Part shown: in pieces, positions 1 to 11,682 of the stretch
Numbering within the stretch: position 1 is the stretch's first letter
Layout: every line of letters starts with the position of its first letter
NCBI GenBank assembly: GCA_963734545.1
Contig: CAVTHO010000001.1
Span: forward strand, 1 to 64,000
Length of the DNA stretch: 64,000 bases
Source: an uncultured Spirochaetota bacterium
GTDB lineage: Bacteria > Spirochaetota > Spirochaetia > SZUA-6 > Fen-1364
Direction of reading: 5' to 3'
Translations under genes and position numbers: made by a program
The notes under the pieces: generated by a model
Databases searched by the model: none
What the model was told of the DNA's origin: nothing
The model's input: only the letters and a program-made list of their open reading frames with translations

Positions 1-52
1 CCGAGTCCCCGGTTTCTTCTCTTGCAAAGTTCGCATTCCCCTCGTACCATGA

Positions 53-1841
53 ATGCCGTTTTTACGGGGGGATTCCCTGCGGTATCGAAGCATACGGGTC
101 AAGCTTCTTTTCTATTTCGTCGCGGTCACATTCCTTCCCCTGCTCACTCTGGGCGTTCTCGGCCCCTATATTTCTGCGCGCACGCATCGAAGCGGAAGTC
201 ACCAACCACACGGTGCAGCTGATCCGCCAGGTGCAGAAGAACATCGAGTTCTACGTCAGCCAGATGGAGGGGTTGATCTCCATCGTGGAGGAAGACCCCG
301 ATGTGCGGACATTCTACGATCCGCCGGCCGAAGGGGGGCCGTTTTCCCCCGCGCGCGCCGCGGGCGCGCTCAGCTTCATGCGCAACATCGCCAACGTGCA
401 TCCCGAGATCGCGGGGATGCTCCTGGTGAATGAGCGGGACATGTATCTCAGCAATGAGATCGCCCCCATCACCCGCGACTCCCTCCTGGACGAAGAGTGG
501 TACCACAAGGCGAGCGGGAACCCGACGACCGTGCAGCTTCTTCCCCGGCCGGTCGGACGCAACCTGCGCGGCGTTCCGGGCTACAGCGCGGACGACGTGG
601 TCTCCATCGTGAAGGCGGTCGTCGATCCCCATGACGGCCGCTGCCGGGGAGCGGTGCTCATCGACATGAAGCTGCGAGGTGGTGCAGGACATCTTCAAGG
701 ACATGAAAGTGGGCCAGAACGGCTTCCTTTTCATCGAGGACGCCGACGGGGGCATGGTGTATGCGCCGGTGAATCCCGTGGTGTACCGGGTGCGCGGGGA
801 CTGGCTGCGCGGCTCCGGCGGTGAGCACCGTGCGGGAGATCAAGGGCGCCGACTACCAGATCATCGCCCAGGCCTCGCAGTACACCGGCTGGAAGACCAT
901 CGGCGTGTTCCCGCTGAACGAGATCATGGGACAGGTGAGCGCCATCCGCTACTACTCCCTCATCATCGCCGGCGTGACCGTCCTCGTGGCGCTCGTCGCC
1001 TCGCTGTTCTTCACCGGTTCGATTGCCCGGCCGGTCATCGAGCTGCGCTCCCTCATGAAGGAGGCGGAGGAGGGCAATCTCGCCGTTCGGTTCGAGGCGC
1101 GCAAGGAAGACGAGATCGGCTACCTGGGCAAGAGCTTCAACACGATGCTCGAGGAGATCCAGAAGCTCATCGACATGGTGTACAAGGAGCAGCAGAGCAA
1201 GCGGGAGGCCGAGCTGCGCATCCTGCATGAGCAGATCAAGCCGCACTTTCTCTACAACACCCTCGATACGATCCAGTGGATGGCGCAGGAGCACGGCGCG
1301 GAGGACATCGTGAAGGTGGTGGGCGCGCTCACCACGCTTTTCCGCATCGGCCTTTCGCGGGGGAGGGAGATGATCCCCGTCCGTGACGAGAGTGGAGCAC
1401 GTCCGCAGCTACCTGATCATTCAGAAGGCGCGCTACGAGGACAAGTTCGATTTTTCCCTCTGCGTGGAAGAGGCGCTTCTGCCGCTGCTCGTGGTCAAGC
1501 TCACCCTGCAGCCCCTGGTGGAGAACGCCATCTACCACGGCATCAAGGAGAGGCGCGGGCCGGGCACGATCAGCGTCGAGGTGCTGAAGCGCGACGGCAT
1601 GCTCGTGTTCCGCGTCGTGGACAACGGGGTGGGGATGTCACGGGAGAAGCTCGCGGATCTGCGCTCCCAGCTCCTGAAGGCCCGCGGGGAGAGCTCCCAG
1701 CGGGGCGGGTACGGGGTCTCCAATGTGAACGAGAGGATCCAGCTCTCATTCGGCACGCGCTATGGGCTGCGTTTCGAAAGCGCGCCGGGCCGGGGCACGA
1801 CGGTGGAGATCCTCCACCCCCTGGTGGCAGCGGAGGAGTAG
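53..1841 (+). CDS. YesM-type sensor histidine kinase (TM-dCache-TM-HAMP-His_kinase-HATPase); about 4 frameshifts
   Basis: Stitched from ORFs 53, 213, 679, 821 and 1383: N-terminal TM, HAMP (DEIGYLGKSFNTM), H-box EQIKPHFLYNTLD, LQPLVENAIYHG, DNGVGM. Confidence 0.85.
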
Positions 1842-1844
1842 GTC

Positions 1845-3059
1845 ATGTGGAAGGTGCTGATCGCGGATGACGAGCCGAAGATCCGCCGCGGATTGCGCTC
1901 CACCCTCGAGCGGCTGCGGCCCGACATGAAGGTGGTGGCGGAAGCGGAGGATGGGGAGACCGCCCTCGCCCTCGTGAAGGAGAAGAAGCCGGATATCCTC
2001 ATGATCGATATCCGCATGCCCTTCCTCAACGGCCTGGAGCTCATCGAAAGGATCAACGAGGTCTCCCGGGACTGCATCATCATCGTGGTGACGGGCCACG
2101 ACGAGTTCGAATACGCGCAGCGGGCCCTGCATCTCAAGGTGTTCGAGTACGTGCTCAAGCCCGTGCCCCGGGACGTGCTGGCGACGGTGCTCGAGCCGCG
2201 CGGAGGCGGAGCTTGCCGGCACCCGGCGCCAGAGCAAGTACGTGTCCTGGGCGCGGGAGCAGCTCGAGCGCAACATGCCGCTGCTGCGCGAGCGGTTCCT
2301 CCGTGACTGGGTGCACGGGCGGCTCTCGCGGTCGGAGATCGAGGAGCAGCGCGCCTTTCTCGGAGTGGAAACCGGGGATCACCTGGCCATGGCCGTGATC
2401 CACGTCGTGGAGCGCTTCCTTGCCGCCGCGCCCTCGGGGGAGAAGGACCGGCGTCTCGCGCTCTACGCCGTGCGCACGGTGACGGAGGACCTCTTTGCGG
2501 GACTTTGCGCCCCTGTGGGTGTTCCCGGACGAGCGGGACGACATTGTGGCGCTTGCCTGCTCGTCGGGCGGCCCCGCATGGGTGGAGGCCATTTCGGGAA
2601 TAGAATCGCGCGCCGAGCGCCACCCTTGCCGGTACGCTCGTCATCGCGCACGCCACGGTCCCCGGCGCGGAGACGGGGATCCCGGATACGTATGAGACGC
2701 TCTCCGCCGAGATCGCGGACAAGAGCAGCCACCGCAGCTTCGTGGTGCTCGCGCAGACCTATATCGACGCCCACTTCGGCGAGCCCGACCTCTCGCTGGA
2801 GGAGGTGGCCGCCGCCGCGCAGATCAGCCCGGGCTACCTCAGCCGCCTGCTGAAGCACGAGACCGGTTTCTCCTTCGTCGACTACCTCACCCGGGTCCGC
2901 ATCAACAAGGCCGTGCAGATCATGAGCAATCCGGCGGTCAAGGTGTACGAGGTTGCGGAGGCGGTCGGCTACCAGAGCCAGCACTATTTCAGCCGCGCAT
3001 TCAAGCGGGTCTTCGGCCGCCCGCCGGTGGAGTACCGCAAGGGCGGCGAGGAAGGATGA
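1845..3059 (+). CDS. YesN-type response regulator (REC + AraC HTH); frameshifted
   Basis: MWKVLIADDE...DIRMPFLNG receiver; C-terminal AraC (ISPGYLSRLLK...AVGYQSQHYFSRAFK) spread over ORFs 1845, 2242, 2495, 2742. Confidence 0.85.
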
Positions 3060-3063
3060 TCCG

Positions 3064-4926
3064 ATGAGACGCCATGTTCCCGGGGCGCTTCTCTTCCTTC
3101 TTGCGGCGGTTTCGATCGTTTCCTGCCGGCGAGGACGGCGGGGATGCCCGGGCCTTCGACTACGTGATCGGTGTGTCCCTTGCCAACCTTACCGAGCCGT
3201 GGCGGATCAACATGCGGGATGAGATCATGGCGGAGGCTTCGCGGCACGGAAATCTTCGCGTCGTGTTCACCGACGCCGCGGATTCGAGCAACCGGCAGAT
3301 CCAGGACGTCAACACCCTGCTCGCGTCCGGCATCGACCTCCTCATCATTTCTCCCAACGACGCCGAGGCGCTGACGCCCGTCATCGCGCGGGCCTACCGG
3401 AGCATTCCCGTCATCCTTCTCGACCGCTCGGTCGTCGGCTTCGACTACACCCTTTTCATCGGCCCGGACAACCGCCTGATCGGCAAGCAGGCGGGTCAGT
3501 ACGTCTCCGAGCTGCTCGGAGCAAAGGGCGGGAAGATCGTCGAGATCCTGGGCCGGTCGGGCTCGCCGCCGGTTCTCGACAGGAGCCTCGGCTTCCAGGA
3601 CGCCATTTCGCACCGCCGAAACATCACCATCGTGGACACCATCGTCGCCGACTGGCTGCGCGACAAGGCGGAGGACGAGCTGACCGCCTGGCTGAAGAAG
3701 AGACGGCCGCGTGGACGTCATCTTCGCCCAGAACGACGCCATGGCGGATGGCGCCCGCCGGGCAGCGGCGAAACTGGGGATCAACGGCATTCGGGTGGTC
3801 GGCATCGACGGGCTTCCCGGGCCCGAACGGCGGCATCGAGATGGTGCGTCGAAGAGATCTCTCCGCCACGTTCACCTGCCCGACAGGCGGCAAGGAGGCC
3901 GTCATCTACGCAATGGACATCCTCCACCGCGATGAGGGCATCCCGAAGAAGATGATACTCCGGACGACCCTCGTCACGGAGAAAACAATCGAGAGCGGCG
4001 CCCTGGCCGCGCCCCCGCACCCGCGTCTTCCCCGGATCACCGCATCGTCCTGGGATTTGCCCAGACCGGCAAGGAGAGCAACTGGCGCCTGGCGAACACG
4101 GAGTCCATCCAGACCGCGGCGCGGCAGGCAGGGATCGACCTCGTGTTCGTGGACTCCGAACAGCAGCCGAAAAAGCAGATGGCCGCGGTGCGGTCCTTCA
4201 TCGCGCGCAAGGTGGACATCATCTCCTTTTCACCGATCGTGGAGTCAGGGTGGGAGCCCGTCCTGCGGGAGGCAAAGGCCGCGGGGATACCTGTTTTCCT
4301 GTCCGACCGCACCGTCGACGTGAAGGACGAGTCCCTCTGGACGACATTCATGGGCTCGGACTTTCTGGAGGAGGGGCGGCGCTCCGCGCGGTGGCTGGTC
4401 AATTACATGAAGACAGACAAGCCGGTGAACATCGTCGAGCTCCAGGGCACCATCGGCTCGGCCCCCGCCATCGACCGCAAGATCGGGTTCGAGGAGATCC
4501 TCAAGGACCATCCCAACTACAGGATCATCGTGTCCGAAAGCGGCGACTTCTTCCGCAGCGTCGGCAAGGAGGTCATGCAGAAGATCCTGACGGACCTCGC
4601 CGCGAAAGGCCAGAAGATGGACGTGCTCTTTGCGCACAACGACGACATGGCAATCGGCGCCATCGAGGCCATGGAGGCCTGGGGCATCAGGCCCGGCAAG
4701 GATGTGGTCATCGTTTCCGTGGATGGGATCCGCGACGCGTTCACCGCCATGATCGCCGGGAAAGCTCAACTGTTCCGTCGAATGCAGCCCCCTGCTGGGC
4801 CCGCAGCTCATGAAGGCCGTCAAGGACTACATGTCGGGCAAGGACCTGCCCGTGCGCATAATCACCTCGGAGGGCGTCTACCCCGCAGAGGTGGCGCGGA
4901 AGGTCCTGCCGAGCAGGAAGTATTGA
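3064..4926 (+). CDS. Two-domain periplasmic sugar-binding lipoprotein (RbsB-like domain + YtfQ-like domain); frameshifted
   Basis: Lipoprotein-like signal MRRHVPGALLFLLAAVSIVSC; domain 1 YVIGVSLANLTEPWR; domain 2 IVLGFAQTGKESNWRLANTES; ends PAEVARKVLPSRKY*. Confidence 0.75.
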
Positions 4927-4965
4927 TCGGGGCGCCTTCCGCAAGCTCGCGGGCGGGGCTACGAT

Positions 4966-4998
4966 TGAAAAGTGCACAAAAAAGCTGAATTGTCCAAA
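4966..4998 (+). promoter_or_regulatory. Conserved 33-bp upstream site, copy 1 (putative activator site)
   Basis: TGAAAAGTGCACAAAAAAGCTGAATTGTCCAAA matches 12576-12608(-) at 29/33 positions. Confidence 0.7.
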
Positions 4999-5071
4999 CC
5001 TTCCGGAGGCGAATCCGTGCTACAAAGGTAAGCGGATTCGCATAGATTTTCATATGCAGAGGAGCCAGAAT

Positions 5072-5703
5072 ATGCGACAAATCCTACGAGTCGGAGCAGT
5101 CCTCCTTCTCCTGGCTGCGGTGGCGGGAATGGGCGCTGCGCAGGCAAAGGGGGTACGCTGAAGTGCGTGGGGCTATACTCGGAGACCAGCGACGGGTCCA
5201 TCAGCTATCAGGTCGGCGCCGGAAACTGGGTAATCGTCAAGGTCGGTGACACGATCCCCGCAAACGCCCAGATACGCGTCGATGTGGACCGGGATTGGAT
5301 CGAGCTCACGCCGGGCAATAATCCGAACGCCGTGTACGAGATTCATGGACCGGACACGGGAGAGCTCATCAAGAAAGTGGCCGACATCCTGAAGGGCAAG
5401 CCGAAACTGGTCAGTTTCCCGAAACCAAAAGGGACCACGCCGGACCCGAAATTCAAGGACAAGCTCATCGTCACCCAGTACCTGGGAAGACAGATCTATG
5501 TGAGGCCCGACGGCGATCAAAACGACATCAAGTACGGTGACTTATTGGACATCCAGGGGAAAGTGCGGATCATCGCCATCAACAATACCATCGATCTCAT
5601 GAACGCCGGCGGAGGAGTGACGCAGGTCATCGGTCCGCTGAATTTCACTGTCGAGCAAGTGCTGAAGAACGAGAAGCTCTACAAGTATCTGAATGTTCAC
5701 TAG
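5072..5703 (+). CDS. Uncharacterised secreted protein, paralog 1 (one frameshift near 5150)
   Basis: GAGGAG RBS; signal peptide MRQILRVGAVLLLLAAVAGMGAAQA; ungapped similarity to 11844-12484(-). Confidence 0.8.
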
Positions 5704-5802
5704 ATGATCAGGGTGAAGGAGGCAAACAGGAAGGAGGAAAGAGGTACAAGAGCGTCCGTCGAGTGTTTGACGGGATTCGGGAAATGAGTTTCATGGGTTT
5801 TC

Positions 5803-6046
5803 GGCCTTCAGCCCGGGCAAGGATATCGTCATCGTCGCCATCGACGCGGTGAAGGGCGCGTTCCAGGCGATCGTCAACGGTGAGATGAACGCCACCATCG
5901 AATGCAACCCCCTGCTCGGGCCCCAGGCCGTGCAGGCGGTACGGGACCTGCGGGACGGCAAGAAGCTCCCCCCCAGGATCTGGACCATCGAAGGCATCTT
6001 CGACGCTTCAAATGCCGCGGCGGCTTTGCCGACTCGCCAGTACTGA
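5803..6046 (+). pseudogene. C-terminal remnant of a YtfQ-like sugar-binding protein
   Basis: GKDIVIVAIDAVKGAF...ATIECNPLLGPQ...LPTRQY*; no 5' part present. Confidence 0.75.
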
Positions 6047-6198
6047 TTTTCATAACTTAGTGTCAGATTTCTTAAATACGATAACGTATTATCCTTGTAA
6101 AAAGTACTGGCATGTGGCATCCTTCAGGCGCTGGGAGGATGAAAAAGATGCCGAGAAAAAGCCCATATCAGGTTCTTCTCTCACGAGAACAACGAACT
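6040..6198 (+). mobile_element. Probable IS630-like left end with the first codons of an HTH ORF
   Basis: AT-rich block starting GTACTGATTTTCATAACTT; RBS GGAGG and ATG 6148 MPRKSPYQVLLSREQRT, truncated; resemblance to IS630 orfA N-termini is from recall. Confidence 0.45.
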
Positions 6199-6199
6199 A

Positions 6200-6681
6200 G
6201 AGGATGAGGATCTTGGAGGAGATATCGAGCACACGGGCGATGGCCACCATCTGCTGGATCGCAATGGAGAAGGAGGACAGCGTCTGGGTAACGTCAACGG
6301 CAATATTGAGCCGTTTCAGGAGACCTGCGGGCCATTGTTCTCCAGTCGATCCGTCCGAAGCTCATCGGCTGGCGGCCGGCGAAGATGTTCTCCGCCACGG
6401 AAAGATTCGGGCAGAGGTTGACCTCCTGGTACACCGTATTGATCCCCAGCTTCTGCGCCTCCAGCGGAGAATCAGGGCGGATCCGCCTGCCCTCGAGCTC
6501 TATTTCCCCGGAGTCCTGCTCGTGAACCCCGGTGAGGCACCTTCACCAGCGTGGACTTGCCGGAGCCGTTCTGGCCCATGATCGCATGCACTTCGCCCTT
6601 CATGAGCCGGAAGTCCACGTCGGACAGCGCCTTCACGCCCGGGAAGTACTTGGTGATCTTCCTCATCTCCAGTCTGTGCAC
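6200..6681 (-). pseudogene. N-terminal remnant of a YtfR-like sugar ABC ATPase
   Basis: [16 protein letters not shown], Walker [28 protein letters not shown], ends at IAIQQMVAIARVLDISSKILIL. Confidence 0.8.
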
Positions 6682-6762
6682 TTTTCGGCTCTTCCCGCCG
6701 TGGGGGAGACCGGCGAAACGGCGCTGGAATGGGCCCCCCGCCGGCCACCGCGCCGGGCGCGA

Positions 6763-6848
6763 TCAGTACTTGCGGCTCGGGAGGACCTTTCGCGCCACCT
6801 CGGCCGGGAAGACCTCCTCGGCCGTGATGATCCGCACCGGAAGGCCCT
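6763..6848 (-). pseudogene. 3' tail of a paralog of the two-domain SBP
   Basis: PVRIITAEEVFPAEVARKVLPSRKY* versus PVRIITSEGVYPAEVARKVLPSRKY* ending at 4926. Confidence 0.75.
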
Positions 6849-6854
6849 TTCGGC

Positions 6855-7960
6855 CTACCCCTGGTTCTCGACCTCTTTCTTGCCCGGCAACAGCCAGGAC
6901 GGTAGAGCAAGTCTGAATTTCCCCCTGCCACGCAACCACACAACGACGCTTTGAAGCACAATGAAGATGTACAGCAAGAGCCCGCTTACTATCGCCTGAA
7001 AGTTGGAGTTGACACCCGCCGCGCGGATCAGCTCGTTGATTGTCAGAAGGGTCAGTGCGCCTATTGGCGAGCCAAACAGGTTCCCCACGCCGCCGGTGAG
7101 CATCGTGCCGCCTATTATGGACGCGGCTATTGCTTTCATTTCGAATCCCGCCGCGTTTCCGACATTGCCGGCTCCCGTTGTCATGATGTACACAAAGCCC
7201 GCGATACCAGACAGCAATCCGCAGAGCAGGTATGAGTAGAATTTCGTTCTCTTTACGTTGATGCCGAGCATCAGAGCGCTCTGACTATTGCCGCCAACGG
7301 CGTAGAGATTGCGCCCGAAACGCGACCACTTCATGAGGACGACGAGGAGGACAACAAGGACCACCACAACTACGGCGCCGAGTTTGATTTCAAGCGGGAT
7401 GAAATTGCCCAGCCTGTTGTTCGTGCCAAGCCAGGGAATCACTATCTCAAAATCCCTCAGGCTCACGAAATCCGGCAGGGTCACGTTGAGCGGATCTTTG
7501 TGGATTGTCGTCAGCAGTCCATTCGCCAGGAACATCCCTGCCAGCGTTATGATAAATGGCTGTATCTCAAGATAGGAAATGAGATATCCCTGCAAGAGAC
7601 CAAACGCGATACCTATGCCCAGCGCAAGAAGTATGGCACCCCCAACGCTCCCCATTCCCGATTCCAGCAATACGGCACAGCACATGGTTACCAGGCCAGT
7701 CACCGCGCCGACGGAAATGTCGATGCCGCCTCCGATCATGACGATGCTCATACCCAGCGTCATGATGATGAGCGGAGCGTTCAGGCTGAACAGGTCAAAG
7801 AAGGTCTGAAACTGCAGGAAACTGCCCGGATAACTTAGAATGGCAAACCCGTACATCAGTACAAATATGACCGCGGCGATGAGAAACAGAAGATTCGAAT
7901 TCGATAGTGCATCCCTAGGTTGGGGCTCTACGCCAACTTTGGTTTGGCTGCATTCAGAGA
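6855..7960 (-). CDS. yjfF: Sugar ABC permease, YjfF-like (start uncertain)
   Basis: GGIDISVG, QPFIITLAG, FGRNLYAVGGN, GGTMLTGGVG; frame open upstream of ORF 7856. Confidence 0.85.
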
Positions 7961-7967
7961 TCGCACC

Positions 7968-9077
7968 CTACACCTCCTTCTTCGCAGGAGTGTCCGGGTT
8001 GGAAACCGCTGCAGCGTCTGGTGCACCTGTCTCTGGTACGGTGCCGCTATCTGCCCTGGCTCGCACCCATCTCAGGGCTTTCGTGGCAGATTCCCTGACC
8101 ACGGGCGATGCAACTACCATGAGAATGATAATGAACACCGCCTTGAAGGCCTTGATCGTCTCGGTGTCTACCTCCAGCCTGAGCAGGGTCCTGTTCAGCA
8201 CCTCTATGGTGTACGCGCCGATAATCGAACCGGAGATGCTGAACTTTCCGCCGCTCAGCGCGTTTCCGCCTATTGCTACGGCGAGAATCGCGTCCATCTC
8301 GACATACTTGAGCAGATTGACGCTGTCGTGGCGCCCCGCCTTGGTGACTGCGATGAAACCTGCGACCGCGGAACAGACTCCGAGAATCATGTAGGTCAGG
8401 AACTTGATCTTTGCCGGGTCGATACCGTTCAGACGCGCAGCCTTTTCGTTGATTCCCACAGACTCCGAATAGAGCTTGAGGTTCGTGGTCTTGAGGAACA
8501 CGGCAACGAACGCGATGAAGACGACGGTCAGGATTATTGGAGTTTGTATTGGCACTCCCGGTATTACGCCGCCGATTTGACTTGTCAGATCGTTCGCCAG
8601 CATGGGAGACAATTTGCCGTCAATCATGAAGGCGATGGACCTGCCCGCCGTGAACAGTATGAGGGTCGCGACCATTGGCTGAACCCTGAATATCGAAACC
8701 AGGGAACCGTTGAATGCGCCGATGACTATCCCGACCACGCAGCTCGCGAGGAAGCCCGCCACTATGGTCAACCACGTGATATCACCGGCATGCAGGAGGA
8801 CCTGGACAAATACGGCGGAAGTAATGGCGGCGGCCACACCCACGCTTATGTCCTGCCCGCGTGAGGACGCGGTAACCAGGGTCATGCCTATTGCCAGAAT
8901 GACCAACTCCGAGGCGCCGAACAGGATATTCGGTATGTTCCCGTACAATGCTCCGTTTATCACGGATATGCTGAAGTAATCGGCGCCCTTTATCAGATTG
9001 ATCACAATGAGGAGCGCCAGAACCGAGAGGGGGAGGAATAGATGAGATCCGTGTGCTTTCGCCCTGACCATGCTCAC
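7968..9077 (-). CDS. ytfT: Sugar ABC permease, YtfT-like
   Basis: GQDISVG, VQPMVATLILFTAGR, EMDAILAVAIGG. Confidence 0.85.
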   Translation of the reverse strand: MSMVRAKAHGSHLFLPLSVLALLIVINLIKGADYFSISVINGALYGNIPNILFGASELVILAIGMTLVTASSRGQDISVGVAAAITSAVFVQVLLHAGDITWLTIVAGFLASCVVGIVIGAFNGSLVSIFRVQPMVATLILFTAGRSIAFMIDGKLSPMLANDLTSQIGGVIPGVPIQTPIILTVVFIAFVAVFLKTTNLKLYSESVGINEKAARLNGIDPAKIKFLTYMILGVCSAVAGFIAVTKAGRHDSVNLLKYVEMDAILAVAIGGNALSGGKFSISGSIIGAYTIEVLNRTLLRLEVDTETIKAFKAVFIIILMVVASPVVRESATKALRWVRARADSGTVPETGAPDAAAVSNPDTPAKKEV

Positions 9078-10576
9078 ACTCCCCCCCGGGCTATCACGTG
9101 CATGACATCGCTTTGCGTCAGATTCATTCCGGAAAGTTCCCCGACAATTTCACGGTCCTTCATGACGATCAATCGAGAGCAGGTTCGAAGCATTTCCTCG
9201 ATTTCCGAAGATATGAATGTCACGCTGACTCCGTCTTCGGCGAGCTTGAGCACAAGTTTTTGAATCTCCACCTTGGTTCCGACATCGATTCCCCGTGTGG
9301 GTTCATCGAGGATCAGGTACTCGGGGTGCGTGAGCAGCCAGCGGGCCAGGATGACCTTCTGCTGGTTGCCGCCGGAAAGAGATTTGACTGGCGTGTTGGT
9401 GGACGGGGTCTTGATGTTCAGACTCTGTATGTACTGGTCGGAAAATGCCTCCGCCTGTTTCCGCGAAAGAGGCCTGAGAAAGCCTTTCATGACCTGCAAG
9501 GCCAGGATGATGTTGTCGCGCACCGAAAGCTCGGCGATAATTCCGTCGCCCTTGCGGTCCTCTGGGAGATAGCCGATTCCCTGTTTCATTGCGTGCAGGG
9601 GCGCGCTGATCTTCACTCTCTTGCCGTTCATTCTGACTTCACCGCCTGTCACCTTGTCGGCGGCGAAGATTGCGCGAGCACTTTCGCTGCGCCCGGAGCC
9701 GAGCAGCCCGGTGAACCCGTTCACCTCGCCTTTCCGTATGGTGAAGTTGAAGGGCCTTACCCCGGCGTCGCTCGAAAGCGCCGTCGCCTCGAAGACCGGC
9801 ACACTGCTGTCGGGTGCAAGCGGCTCATGTTTTCTCATCTTTGCGACATCACCCAGTGCCTTTCCCATCATCTTCGAGACAAGCTCGATCTGGGGAAGCG
9901 AAGATGCTTCGTATTCGCCGATCAACTCTCCATTGCGAAGCACCGTGATCCTGTCGCTGATTTCGTATACCTGATCGAGAAAGTGGGTTATGAAGATGAT
10001 CCCCACGCCCCTCGACTTCAGTTCGCGCATGAGCTCGAAGAGCTTTCTTACCTCGTCTTCGTCAAGTGAGGACGTCGGCTCGTCCAGGATGAGAATCCTG
10101 CAGTCCATATCGATCGCGCGGGCAATCGCAATCATCTGCTGGACCGCAAGCGAACAGCTTGAAAGCTGCTGGGTCGGCCTCGCTGGAATACCGAGGGAGT
10201 CGAGCAGTTGTGTCGTCTTTGCGTTCATCCGCTTCCATTGAACGAAAGCGTATCGGCCGCGACCGATGAACATGTTCTCCGCGACGGTCAGATTGGGGCA
10301 AAGCGTTATTTCCTGATAGACTGTGCCGATTCCGATGTTTTGCGCGTCCTGCGGCGACCTGAAGTGGATCGGCCTTCCATCTATGGCAATCCGACCGGCG
10401 TCCTTTTCGTAAACCCCGGTCATGACCTTTATCAGTGTGGACTTGCCCGCTCCGTTTTCGCCCATAAGGGCATGGATCTCACCCTTTCGGAGCGCGAAGT
10501 CCACGTTATGCAGAGCCCTGACCCCTGGAAAGGCTTTGCAGATACCCTGCATTTCGAGCACGTTCTCCGACCGCAC
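9074..10576 (-). CDS. ytfR: Sugar ABC ATP-binding protein, YtfR-like (two NBDs)
   Basis: GENGAGKST, LSGGNQQKV, ILDEPTRGIDVG; GTG start with GAAGGAG RBS. Confidence 0.9.
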   Translation of the reverse strand: MRSENVLEMQGICKAFPGVRALHNVDFALRKGEIHALMGENGAGKSTLIKVMTGVYEKDAGRIAIDGRPIHFRSPQDAQNIGIGTVYQEITLCPNLTVAENMFIGRGRYAFVQWKRMNAKTTQLLDSLGIPARPTQQLSSCSLAVQQMIAIARAIDMDCRILILDEPTSSLDEDEVRKLFELMRELKSRGVGIIFITHFLDQVYEISDRITVLRNGELIGEYEASSLPQIELVSKMMGKALGDVAKMRKHEPLAPDSSVPVFEATALSSDAGVRPFNFTIRKGEVNGFTGLLGSGRSESARAIFAADKVTGGEVRMNGKRVKISAPLHAMKQGIGYLPEDRKGDGIIAELSVRDNIILALQVMKGFLRPLSRKQAEAFSDQYIQSLNIKTPSTNTPVKSLSGGNQQKVILARWLLTHPEYLILDEPTRGIDVGTKVEIQKLVLKLAEDGVSVTFISSEIEEMLRTCSRLIVMKDREIVGELSGMNLTQSDVMHVIARGGV

Positions 10577-10610
10577 CTGAAGGTCTCCTTCGGGTACCAC
10601 ACGAACGAAT

Positions 10611-10652
10611 CGCGGTGCGGTGTGCCGGACTAGATCCGAACACCGCACCGCG
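10611..10652. terminator. Intra-operon stem-loop between SBP and ATPase genes (mRNA stabiliser or attenuator)
   Basis: 13-bp perfect inverted repeat CGCGGTGCGGTGT / ACACCGCACCGCG. Confidence 0.6.
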
Positions 10653-10692
10653 CACACAATCCTAGCGATTGTGAAATCTAGCCAAGAGACAG

Positions 10693-11682
10693 TTACTTTG
10701 TCACCACACCCTTGCCAGGATCGGCATTGATCCCCTTGTTGGCGATGATGTCGTCGGTGATCGTGGCGGTATCAGCGCTGATTTCCTTCTGATAGATGAT
10801 TCCGCTGGGGAGTTTCGAACCAGATGCGCTGGCTTTGATCCAGCTGGAAATCTCGGCCGCCTGGCGCGGACTGCACTGGACGTCGCAGTCCCAGTAACCG
10901 GCCTGTACGTTGCGAAGCGCGAAACGGTTGAAGTCAAAACCAACGACTTTGACCTTGCCGTTCTTGCCGTGGGTGATACCGGCCGCGTCGAGCGCCTGGA
11001 CAGCGCCTTGCGCCATGCCGTCGTTCTCCGCGTAGATGACGTTGAAATCCTTGCCCGCGGCAATTGCGGCTTCAACCACTTTGCGGGCTTCCTCGAGGCT
11101 CCAGCTGTCTCCACCCGTTCCATCGGCCACGATGGTGATCTTCCCGGCGTCGCGGGCCTTGAGCACTGCGGCGCTGCGACCCAGTTCAGCCGCGGAACCC
11201 AGCTGACCACGAATGAGGATCACGTTGAACTTGCCCAGGTTCTGACTCAACACCCAGTTCATTGCCGTGGTACCCTCGGCAGCCATATCCGAGACGAGCG
11301 CTGCCTGGAAGTTCGAGGCGTCCGTCTGAATGAGGCGGTCAAAGAGGAAAACCGTAACGCCTGCGGACTTGGCAGACTTCAGGACGTTGTCCCAACCGGA
11401 CGCGTTTGCGGCCGAGATCAGGAGATAGTCCACGCCATCTCGGATGTACCCCTGCGCCGCCGCAATCTGCTCGCTGTTGTCGCCGGTGTTGGTCTGCTTT
11501 GCGTCGTAGCCGTTCGCCTTTGAGAAGACATTGTTCATGTCTTCAACATTGGCCTGCCGGTAGCCGGATTCTTCCGGCGGCAGATTCACGATGCCGACCT
11601 TGATCAGCGCGCGGAAGGCGGCAACCGAAAGGACCATCATTGCCACCGCCGCCGCTACCAGGATCTTTCTCCAGTTCCTCAT
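10693..11682 (-). CDS. Sugar ABC substrate-binding protein, YtfQ-like
   Basis: Signal peptide; ESGYRQAN, VFLFDR, IYAENDGMA. Confidence 0.85.
   Translation of the reverse strand: MRNWRKILVAAAVAMMVLSVAAFRALIKVGIVNLPPEESGYRQANVEDMNNVFSKANGYDAKQTNTGDNSEQIAAAQGYIRDGVDYLLISAANASGWDNVLKSAKSAGVTVFLFDRLIQTDASNFQAALVSDMAAEGTTAMNWVLSQNLGKFNVILIRGQLGSAAELGRSAAVLKARDAGKITIVADGTGGDSWSLEEARKVVEAAIAAGKDFNVIYAENDGMAQGAVQALDAAGITHGKNGKVKVVGFDFNRFALRNVQAGYWDCDVQCSPRQAAEISSWIKASASGSKLPSGIIYQKEISADTATITDDIIANKGINADPGKGVVTK

Noticed and set aside
5009-5041. Separate operator GCGAATCCG-N15-CGGATTCGC
   Set aside because: The inverted repeat is real but is absent from the paralogous promoter, so it has no independent support
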